Positions 43,252-52,398 of a stretch of DNA of 64,000 bases are shown here, piece after piece; position 1 is the first letter of the stretch, and every line of letters begins with the position of its first letter. The notes under the pieces are model-generated. The model did no database searches and was not told the origin of the DNA. It saw nothing but the letters and a program-made list of their open reading frames with translations. Source of the stretch: a virus; the IMG/VR virus record IMGVR_UViG_3300045988_076196, positions 1-64,000 of that record. One strand, 5' to 3'. Made by a program: the position numbers and the translations under genes.

Positions 43252-45131
43252 GCCTACAGACGCAAGTTTATTTGCATTCAGTAGATACGTCATGCTTTTA
43301 TGATGACAACGAAATGACGCTACATAGACGGCTTGTTCGGTTATATTCTTTGCGTAAGCGATGGAAGGATAGTGATAAACCAGATTGGCGTATCAAGTCT
43401 GTAAATCGTTTGCTTAAAAAAGAAAAGGTGCGACTATCTGAATTGCTCGATGATGCAGTGAGACGAAATGAAACTAGAAAATTGCGTCAAGATGCTGTGA
43501 CCGATAAAACGGTTGTTAATCTATTTGAATCTGACTTAACACGCAGCTTAGGACTTGACCCGTTCAAGTTGACAGATGAGCTGTTCATCATTAACGTATT
43601 TTTCTTTCAGGTATTTAATAATCTAGTTCATCAAGGATTTATTTACAATGGTGAAAAATATGTGTTCCTTACAGCATCAGCTGGACAGATAAGAACGAAA
43701 AGAGCCGTATTCGTTAAAGAATCGTCGTTTAAGCGCATTGAGCAAAAATTGATGTGCGGCTTGACCATAGACGAAATCAATGAGCGCGGAGGCATGAATC
43801 AGAATAAATTCCTTGCATATTTGGCGCTTATGAACTCTGCCACAGATGTTTGGGAAGATTTTGATATTGACAAATCAATCGTAGTAGATGATTGGGAAAC
43901 GGCTGTTCCGGGATTGGTTGATCATATTGATGGCGTATCGTATGAGATTCGGCGCGAAATGACAGAGACGATTATTCCTCATATGGACGGATGCGGTATT
44001 ATGCTCAATGAAACAACAAGAATGGTGCGTATGCCATGGGTAAAGGGATTACTTGTTACATTTCCGTTTGATAAGTTTATCAAAGAAAAATGCGGTGGCG
44101 AGGCAACAGTAACGGATATTTATGGCAATGAGCATAAAATTATAGAGGAAGATATACGGTATATATTCACAAAAAGCCAATTCAAGCTATGGAAATTTTA
44201 TGATTCGTGGAATTGTTATAAGGCGCGATTCAAAAATTTTGGATGCAATGCTTGTTATTGCAACATAGAAGAACCGTATATTCCAAAGAGCCGCATCAAT
44301 TATCAGATGCTTCAAACCTTGAGTGATATGACTGATAATGAGATTGATCGCATTATTTCTAAGACTGCGCAAGAGATTGACGATGTTGGTAAAGATTATC
44401 AAGTTACTATGCGGTTACTTGGCGCAACAGAGAACAATCGTTATAAATCAGCTATGCAAGAGGCGTTGCTGATTTATCCTGAATTATTCAAAGATTCATA
44501 TAATCGAGAAATTCTGAAGCAGACTAAAAAGAGCCTAGTTAAACAAGCCAAAGGTGGGCGGCTTAGAGTAAATGGGAAATATTTATTCTTAGCGCCTGAC
44601 TTGTATGCGTTTTGTGAATGGCTGTTCCTAGGTGAGCAGAATCCACAGGGACTGCTTGCAGATGGTGATGTATATACTAATCAATATCGTGATGGTGATG
44701 AATTAGCTTGTTTGCGTTCTCCGCATTTGTATAGGGAATGGGCAATTCGGACAAATAGGCGTAGCTTAGAGCTTGATTATTGGTTTGGTGGAACTAAGTG
44801 TATATATACTAGTTGTCATGATTTAATAACAAGGATAGTTATGGCGGACTGCGACGGTGATAAATTATTGGTTGTAAAAGACCGAACATTGACAAATTGT
44901 GCGAAAAGGAATATGTCTGATATTTGTACTTTGGCATATGATCTCAAAAAGGCGAAGGGAGGTTTGGTAAATTCAGATAGCTTATACGAAGGAATGATTA
45001 GAGCATATACCGGTGGCAACATTGGTATTTGGAGTAATCAAATAACTAAAATTTGGAATAGCGGGAATATTACTAAGGAAGAATTGGACGTTGTAAAATG
45101 GTTGTGTTTTGAGAATAATGCAGTAATTGAT
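43248..45131 (+). CDS. YonO/RdRP-like single-subunit RNA polymerase, exon 1
   Basis: ASAGQIRTKRAVFV and the metal-binding loop MADCDGDKLLVV (DCDGD = nt 44847..44861). Confidence 0.8.
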
Positions 45132-46162
45132 TAAATGATAGTCCACTCATGCGGCAACGCATGATGTGAATGATGGTGAACTCGTAAATGCGAGGTGTGC
45201 GGAGAAATCCGTGCTAACGGTAAAACCCTAAACGTATGAACGCATGGCAATACCGTGGCAAGATTGTGTGATAAATATTAAGATGAAAGGAGGGACAATA
45301 TGAGAAAGATTAGTTTGATTGGCAAGAAATTTGGGAGATTGACGGTTTTATCTGATGCTGGAACAAAAGGTGGTAGAACATATTCTAACTGTCTATGCGA
45401 TTGTGGTAAAATGGTGGTAGTTAGTAACAAACATCTAAAAAGTGGGCATACAAAATCTTGTGGATGTTATAAAAACGAAATTATTGGCGAAATTGGTAAA
45501 ATAACCGGCAAGACAAATATCAAGTATGCGCAAAAGCAAGCACATGAAAATAATAGAAAACATGATATGTCTGGAACAAGATTGTATAGAATTTGGTTAC
45601 AGATGAAACAGAGATGTCACAACGAGAAGAACGACAGGTATCAATATTATGGCGGTAAGGGCGTTTGCGTTTGTGATGAATGGAGAGAAGATTTTCAAGA
45701 ATTTGAACAATGGTCGAATAACAATGGATATAGAGATGACTTGACCATTGATAGAATAAATTCTAATAAAAATTATGAACCGTCTAATTGTCGTTGGATA
45801 TCTCAAAGTGAAAATAGCGCAAGAATACATCGTGATGTGAGATACTGGTGTATTGATGTACAAGGCGGAAGATATGCAGAATTTGACAATATTAGAGAAT
45901 TTTGCAGAAATAATCCTGAGATCGCAAATGAGAATCATGTGAGATACGCTGTTAGCGGAAAATGTGAAAATCAAGGCGATATTATATTTGGCAAGTTTTA
46001 ATATTTTATCACACAATAAGCTGTAACGACTAGCCCATTAGGGCGTAGCTTGTAGGTGAAATTCCTACTCGCAAAGTGCCATCCATCTCTATGAGATGAA
46101 GAGATAGTCTACTCCGACTGTTTGAGCAGTGTTAAAGTATCTCGAAAGAGACGGTATGAAGG
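45132..46162 (+). mobile_element. group I-like intron carrying a homing endonuclease ORF
   Basis: exon 1 ends in U and the intron ends in G. GNRA-capped hairpins at 45148..45163, 45200..45211 and 46140..46151. A 12-bp helix (45264..45275 / 46005..46016) closes the ORF-bearing loop. Confidence 0.7.
45300..46001 (+). CDS. intron-encoded homing-endonuclease-like protein
   Basis: AAAGGAGGG RBS; CLCDCG...SGHTKSCGCYKNE; LTIDRINSNKNYEPSNCRWIS; paralog of 11837 and 12554. Confidence 0.75.
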   Translation: MRKISLIGKKFGRLTVLSDAGTKGGRTYSNCLCDCGKMVVVSNKHLKSGHTKSCGCYKNEIIGEIGKITGKTNIKYAQKQAHENNRKHDMSGTRLYRIWLQMKQRCHNEKNDRYQYYGGKGVCVCDEWREDFQEFEQWSNNNGYRDDLTIDRINSNKNYEPSNCRWISQSENSARIHRDVRYWCIDVQGGRYAEFDNIREFCRNNPEIANENHVRYAVSGKCENQGDIIFGKF

Positions 46163-46852
46163 TATGCTAAGACGCAATGGTTGCCAGAACGACCAAAACA
46201 AATCAATAATACAATTAAACAATATACAAAAGCCCGTGTTCCAAATTTCTTTCAATATGCAAAAGACAAAGACCCAGATACCCAAGTTGAGCCAGCCAAC
46301 AATTCAACCATGAATCGTATCTCAGCTAAAATCCCTACTTCCAGAATCCGCTATAACAATAAGATTGGGAAATTTGACTGGACTATGCTGATAAATAAAT
46401 CGGTCGATTATACTACTAGAGAAAATTCTTCAATCATTGAGCGGTATAATTGGTGGATATGGAATCAGCGCCGATTTGATTATGGCGATGACCCGCATAT
46501 CAATGAGGATGATTTATATAAATATCGCTGCATTGCACAAGATATAGTAGAATATAGCAACGAGCCACTAGATATTGTGGTGAATAGCCTAGTTGCTTAT
46601 CTATACACAGTTAAAAAATCAAGTAATAAGAAAATGCTATGGGCTTGTTTTGGTTGGACGATTGTAGAAAATTTGAGAATCAATACAGCGCAACTTAATC
46701 CAATCTGTTCCATTTGTGGCAAGCGGTTTAAGCCGAGAGATGTATGCCAGCATTATTGCTCAGAGGAATGTTACAAGAAAGCAGATAATCAGCGGCGCAT
46801 TGAGTCGCGTGAAGCCCCACCTGTCCGCACGGGGGACATGTTAAAACAATAG
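46163..46852 (+). CDS. YonO/RdRP-like RNA polymerase, exon 2
   Basis: frame open from 46160; joining to exon 1 gives ...ENNAVID|YAKTQWLPERPK... Confidence 0.7.
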   Translation, partial: YAKTQWLPERPKQINNTIKQYTKARVPNFFQYAKDKDPDTQVEPANNSTMNRISAKIPTSRIRYNNKIGKFDWTMLINKSVDYTTRENSSIIERYNWWIWNQRRFDYGDDPHINEDDLYKYRCIAQDIVEYSNEPLDIVVNSLVAYLYTVKKSSNKKMLWACFGWTIVENLRINTAQLNPICSICGKRFKPRDVCQHYCSEECYKKADNQRRIESREAPPVRTGDMLKQ

Positions 46853-46921
46853 GAAATATATGGATAAAATGAACACACCACAATATATTGTGGTAGACTA
46901 ATAGGGAAAGGAAAGATATAA

Positions 46922-47341
46922 TTGCATAAAAATAAATATCCTCGGCTTGGTAAAGCTGACATGAGTAAAGAGTTGCGGCGGCGCACAGGTGTTGATTCTA
47001 AGATTATTGAGCTAGTGTTAAGAAACTATCATGACATTATTCGTGAGACACTACAACATGGCGTGGAATATTCTTTGCCCGATATTGGTGTTATTACATT
47101 TCGCGACCACCCACCAAAGCCAGCTGGCGAATATTGGAACGGATTCCAAAAGCGGCGTATGTACTATCCTGACAGAATGGGATATTATCGACTAGAGTTT
47201 AAGGCTGAGAAACATATGGCAAGTGCTGTTAAAGGTGGCACATTGTATGGGAAAGGCGCAACTAAAGAGGAATATGATGCTTGGGTATTGGAGAATTATC
47301 CTGATAATCCCAAGTTTATGAAGGAAGAAGAAGATGGCTGA
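46922..47341 (+). CDS. DNABII (HU/IHF)-like protein, divergent
   Basis: GGAAAGGAAAG RBS then TTG; HU-like pattern KELRRRTGVDSKIIELVL...LPDIGVITF. Confidence 0.55.
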   Translation: MHKNKYPRLGKADMSKELRRRTGVDSKIIELVLRNYHDIIRETLQHGVEYSLPDIGVITFRDHPPKPAGEYWNGFQKRRMYYPDRMGYYRLEFKAEKHMASAVKGGTLYGKGATKEEYDAWVLENYPDNPKFMKEEEDG

Positions 47342-47897
47342 ACATAATAAGCTGAATCAGGAATTTTATGTTTATGCTGGTGGATTGCTCAATGTATCGC
47401 CCCAGACCGCCAAGAAATACTGGATGGGGTTTGTTGATACTATTATTCATATTCTTCATTTTGATGGCAAGTGTCAAATGCCAAGCATAGGCACATTTAC
47501 GTTAGAAGAATTGCCTGAGCGCAGAGTGATGGCTAAGAATGAGCAGGGTGAACTTGTTGAGCAAATCAACCCTGCTTGGTTTAAGATATTATACAAATAC
47601 AATGAGGATTTTCTTAACAATGTCAATGGGCGTGGCGTTACAAAGAAATATCGTAGGCGCGTCCGTGAACGTAAATTAACACCAAACGATCTCAAGCTAA
47701 TTACTCAAGCAGAAGCAGAACGAACAGCAAAGCGCACGTTGAAACAGATGCAAGATGACCGCATTGAGCAAGCAAGGCAACAGAGCTATGATGATTTTAT
47801 CAATGTGATCAACAAGAAAAAAGAAGACTATGAACGGAAAAAGAAGGAAAAGGAACAGAAATTGAATGAATCTACAGAAGATACGACAAGCGACTGA
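47334..47897 (+). CDS. DNABII-like protein with a charged C-terminal extension
   Basis: HU-like core ...MPSIGTFTLEELPERR...; K/E/R-rich tail. Confidence 0.5.
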   Translation: MAEHNKLNQEFYVYAGGLLNVSPQTAKKYWMGFVDTIIHILHFDGKCQMPSIGTFTLEELPERRVMAKNEQGELVEQINPAWFKILYKYNEDFLNNVNGRGVTKKYRRRVRERKLTPNDLKLITQAEAERTAKRTLKQMQDDRIEQARQQSYDDFINVINKKKEDYERKKKEKEQKLNESTEDTTSD

Positions 47898-49065
47898 GCT
47901 GCTAGATAGCAAGTTGATTGACTTGCAAGAATGGACGGCTCGTTGTCTTGGTGAAGATTATAGGGGTGTCTGGTCAGAGGAATATTTACGTCGATGTGCT
48001 GTGTTTGTAAGAAATATGCTCAATAGTGCAGACGATTGTGAATCAGACGAAAAAGACACCAATATTCTATCACAACTCAGAGAGGCTAAGCAGGAACTAG
48101 AGAAATCACGTCTTAAACTGCGCACAGAAAATCTTGAATATGCGGCAAATATGCGCGAGGTGGCACGACATGATATGCTTAATGAAGAAATTGTCGCAGC
48201 TATCAATCGGCTTGAACCAATCAAGTTTAGTCGTAAATTCGAGCCAGACCCAATTAAAGAGCAAATTGGTGTGTTGTGTATTGGCGACGAACATTATGGC
48301 ACAATGATTGATATGGATTCATTATTTGGTGAAAAGGTTAATGTGTATAATCCTGACGTATTCAAGGCGCGAATGGAAAAGCTGATGAATAATATCGAGG
48401 ATGACGCATATTCCGTATCAGCATTCAGCCGTTTGGTTGTGTTTGATATGGGGGATTCCATTCAGGGCGCACTTAGATTATCAGACCTTATGAAGCTCAA
48501 AGCTGGTATTGTAGATAGTGCTATGCAGTATGCCGAATATATCAGTCAATGGCTAGTTGAATTGAGTGAACGTCTACAAGTGCCGATTGAATATATCGCA
48601 GTTGGTGGTAATCATAGCGAATTGAGACTACTCAATGGCAAGAAGGGCGATTTCCAAGAAGATAACATTGCTAAGATCATTACACAGATTGTGCAGTTGC
48701 GACTTAAGGACAATCCAAACATTGAGGTTGCACCATATGCTGAATGTGGGTTTAAGTCAATTCAAGGTGTGAATATCCTAGCATATCATGGTGACGATAC
48801 CAAAGATGTAACTAGAGAAATCGCGTTCTTTGAGGATTATCATCAGATTGATATTGACATTCTACTACTTGGACATTTCCATCATCTTGAGCAACAGTCA
48901 GTTGGTATTGGTTTGAATACTGAAAAAGAGGTCATTAAATGTCCGTCCATTGTTGGTATTGATGATTATAGCAAGAAATGCCGCAAGTTGTCAAGAGCTG
49001 GTGCATTGCTCATGCTGTTTGAAGATGGGCAAAAGACGTGGACTAAGAAATATATTTTGAATTGA
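47866..49065 (+). CDS. calcineurin-like metallophosphoesterase
   Basis: GDEHYG, GDSIQG, GGNHSE and GHFHH motifs. Confidence 0.75.
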   Translation: MNLQKIRQATELLDSKLIDLQEWTARCLGEDYRGVWSEEYLRRCAVFVRNMLNSADDCESDEKDTNILSQLREAKQELEKSRLKLRTENLEYAANMREVARHDMLNEEIVAAINRLEPIKFSRKFEPDPIKEQIGVLCIGDEHYGTMIDMDSLFGEKVNVYNPDVFKARMEKLMNNIEDDAYSVSAFSRLVVFDMGDSIQGALRLSDLMKLKAGIVDSAMQYAEYISQWLVELSERLQVPIEYIAVGGNHSELRLLNGKKGDFQEDNIAKIITQIVQLRLKDNPNIEVAPYAECGFKSIQGVNILAYHGDDTKDVTREIAFFEDYHQIDIDILLLGHFHHLEQQSVGIGLNTEKEVIKCPSIVGIDDYSKKCRKLSRAGALLMLFEDGQKTWTKKYILN

Positions 49066-49562
49066 TTCATTCTCTGCTAGGTGATAGCTAGTTTAGCTGT
49101 GTTAATCATGCTTGTGGGGCGATTGACCTATCTAGTAGAGTTGAATATATCTCATGTACCATGCGTACAAGGAGTTTTCAGAGCCGTGTATGGCGGCCCT
49201 TGTAAGACAAAAAAACATAACAGAGGGTGGCGCTAGATGCCCGATGGCGCTTGATAAATGGGGTTTTAATAGTTGTATCTAGGTATATACTGTAACTGCC
49301 TGTCGCTATGCCCATTGGCGGCTATGAATATCCGAAAGGAGGTCACTATTCTCTTGAATTATCCACTGGTTTATCCGAAGCATAATTAAAGAAAGGATGG
49401 TGGTCAGAGCCAATCGGCTCATATCTACAATAAGCCCAACTCAATGGGAACTGTTGTTTAACTGAATATTGAACCTTGACAAATACGAAGCAGCTGAGAG
49501 CAATCTTGGCTGCTTTGTCATATTTATAGGAAAATAAACGGAAAGGAAGGAAGTAGCAAAAT
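49066..49562 (+). other. 497-nt ORF-free, GC-richer structured spacer upstream of the terminase genes (cos/pac or ncRNA candidate)
   Basis: no ORF with an RBS; repeated ATGCCC-NN-TGGCG; hairpin AAGCAGC/GCTGCTT near its 3' end. Confidence 0.4.
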
Positions 49563-50387
49563 ATGTTTTGCCCATATTGCGGCAAGGAAAAGCAAGATAG
49601 CCAATTCTATAAAAGCCCAATTAAAACGGGCGAATATATTAAACCATGCAAGTCATGTGTAACTGAGCTATACAAACAAGCACTTGAAGCCACTAAAGAC
49701 CAAGGCGCGGCATTATGGTCAACTTGTATGCAGACTGGTATTCCTATGCGACGGGCTGAATATACCGCTTGTCTTGATACACTAGAAAAGGCGGCTAAAG
49801 GCAAAAAGCCTAGTCTATTTATGTTGTATCATACATACTTATCAACATCACCGGATAAATTGACTGGTGTATGGGATAGCGATATGGAGCTGTCTAATTT
49901 CAAGGATTTGGGCGATGTGGCTAAGAGCGAAACGGATGAAGTTGCATTAAAGGCAAGATGGAATCGTCAGTGGGGCGTTGATTATGAAGAATGGGAATAT
50001 CAGTGGCTTGATGACATATTTGATAGATATACGGAAGAAATTCTTGATATGGACACAGCTAAAGAGATGACATATAGGAATCTGTGTCAAGCCAATCTGC
50101 GTAAATTCAAAGACCCAACAGATAAAGACGCTGGGGATGAAATTCTTAAATTGATGAAGGTACTAAAACTAGACCAGTTTAAGGAAAATAAGCAGAGCGA
50201 TACAGAAAAATTCATTGAGCGCATGGCTTGGAATATTGAAAATACAAAACCGTGTGAATGTGAGGATTTGAATAAATATAAGGATTTTAGTGGATTTGAG
50301 CTGACTTGGAATCATATTATGAGAAGTTTGAAAAATCTATGCGCCGGATCAAAAGACTATCCAGACATCCCTGTTGATGAGCGATGA
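49563..50387 (+). CDS. putative terminase small subunit (by position)
   Basis: 274 aa with an N-terminal CPYC...C.SC zinc ribbon; immediately upstream of terL. Confidence 0.4.
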   Translation: MFCPYCGKEKQDSQFYKSPIKTGEYIKPCKSCVTELYKQALEATKDQGAALWSTCMQTGIPMRRAEYTACLDTLEKAAKGKKPSLFMLYHTYLSTSPDKLTGVWDSDMELSNFKDLGDVAKSETDEVALKARWNRQWGVDYEEWEYQWLDDIFDRYTEEILDMDTAKEMTYRNLCQANLRKFKDPTDKDAGDEILKLMKVLKLDQFKENKQSDTEKFIERMAWNIENTKPCECEDLNKYKDFSGFELTWNHIMRSLKNLCAGSKDYPDIPVDER

Positions 50388-50403
50388 TTGGTGGTGATAT
50401 GAA

Positions 50404-52248
50404 ATGAAGAGTCAAATGGGAGGACTTCGTAGGAAGTTTATGTCCAACCACTTAATCACGACCGAGGCATGGTCTGGTAAAAGCAAATCGGAAGAGAAAG
50501 AGCAAAACGCAATAGAGTGGCTGACTCTTTTTTAGTTCCGTAGGAATTGGCACATATATGTAGATATGGTGCTTGGTATTAAGCTAAGGCCATTCCAGAT
50601 GGTTATGATATATTTAATGGGTATATCTCCATTCTTTTATGCAATCTGTTCTAGAGGTTTGTCAAAATCATTTATGGCTGGACTTGGAGCAATATGTAAG
50701 ATGAATCTATATCCGTATAGCGAGATTGTTATTACATCGTCTACTGTTCAACAGGCTAATAAATTAGCTGATAAAAAGATACGCGATGAAATAATTAAGA
50801 AGCTCTCAAGTTATTTGTTATACATGTACGAGCATGAGTATATAGTTATAACAAAGCCGGATGATGGTACAAAGATAGAAAATAAGTTAAATGGCTCAAC
50901 TATTGTTGTATTGCCGTGTACTGAGGCAAGCCGTGGTGAACGTGCAACACTGCTTATTTATGAAGAGGTGCGTTTGCTTAAAAAGACAATTCTTGATGCG
51001 GTCTTTGAAAAGATGCCACACCCAAGACAGGCCAAATATATGGATAATCCTGTTTATGGGAATAATAAACGATGGATTGAAGAATGCCAGCGTATCTACA
51101 TTACGTCCGCAAGATATAAATATGAATGGTTTTGGCGTTCTTTTAAGAATGTGTTCACTCAGCATTTTATAGACAAGCGCGTCAATCATAATGTTTTTGC
51201 TGGTGATATATTTATGGCAATAGATAATCGCTTAAAGACGTGGGCTGATTATCGCAAAGACAAGGCGGAGTCTGAGATGGATTGGAAAATGGAAGACCTC
51301 AACCAGATGATAGGCGAGGCTGAGGATGCGTTTTTCACATACGAGCAATTTAAGACAGCGCAAATTTTACAGCATTGTTTTAGACCTCTTACATACCTTG
51401 ATTTCTTCTCTGGTGAACAGGTTGATTTTCCAGAGAAAAAGGAAGATGAAGTGCGACTCGTTGTGGTTGACTACGCATTTTCCAACACTACTGGTTGTAC
51501 AAAGAACGACAATACCATTATTACGCTCATGTCGGCGCATTGGGATAAAAAGAAAAATCGGTTTGAACGTCATATTGATTATATAGAGGGACATGATGCT
51601 TCTGACACAATAGGCGCATCTGATAGAGCGAGATACTTATGGTGGGTATATGATGCGGATTATCTATGTCCCGATGGACGCTCTGGTGGTGAAGTTCTAT
51701 TCAATCATATGACAGAGCCATTGTCTTGGCCGGAATTAGGACTTAGGTGGAATAAGCACGGATTAGGTCTTGCAGATAAATACCAGATGGTTCCACAAGC
51801 AAAATTGGATGATTATAGAAGTCGTGTCGTTGACAAAGATGCAGTTCCAGCTATTATACCCGTGATAGGCACACCAGAGTTGAACTCTACTGGTTGGTTG
51901 TCACTGCGTAAACAGCTTGAAACTAACAATATGAAATTCCTTATTTCTATGCAAGATTATCAGAATGAGCTAACAGATAGTGGTGAATATTATAAATATA
52001 CTGCTGAAGAATTAGTTAATCAGCTTGAGCCATACGGACAGACAGATATGACAATCATAGAGGCAGTTAATCTAAAGACGGTTATTAAGCAAGATAAAAT
52101 CAAACTAGAAGAACCGCGCACAGGAACTAAGGATAGAATTGTAACCATTATGTATGGAAATTATATTATTGACTTGATTGAGAACGCATGGCAACAACAG
52201 TTACAAGAAGATGAGTTTGATGTTGATTCGATTCAATTAGTATATTAG
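50404..52248 (+). CDS. terL: terminase large subunit with an in-frame TAG at 50533..50535
   Basis: LGIKLRPFQ, Walker A-like CSRGLSKS, Walker B LLIYEE. The uninterrupted ORF is 50566..52248; the RBS (GGTGGTG) precedes ATG 50404. Confidence 0.8.
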
Positions 52249-52398
52249 TATTTGCCTATGAAGCGGTAGCTATGTTGGTGTGTTGCCGTGGAGGCACTAT
52301 TAGGGTTGTGTGGAATCCAAGTTCCAACTGAGGCTTAATCAAAAAAAGTTGAAAATAAAAACACTCAAAAAATATAAAACAAGGAAAGGAGGTTGAAG

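Noticed and set aside
49366-49388. DnaA-box-like strings TTATCCACT and TTATCCGAA as a host-type origin
   Set aside because: There are only two imperfect boxes with no adjacent AT-rich unwinding element. The phage encodes its own helicase and primase. It is mentioned only within the spacer finding.
49346-49585. A 79-aa minus-strand ORF in the spacer upstream of the terminase genes
   Set aside because: It is antisense to the late operon, overlaps the start of the next gene, and has no RBS and implausible composition.
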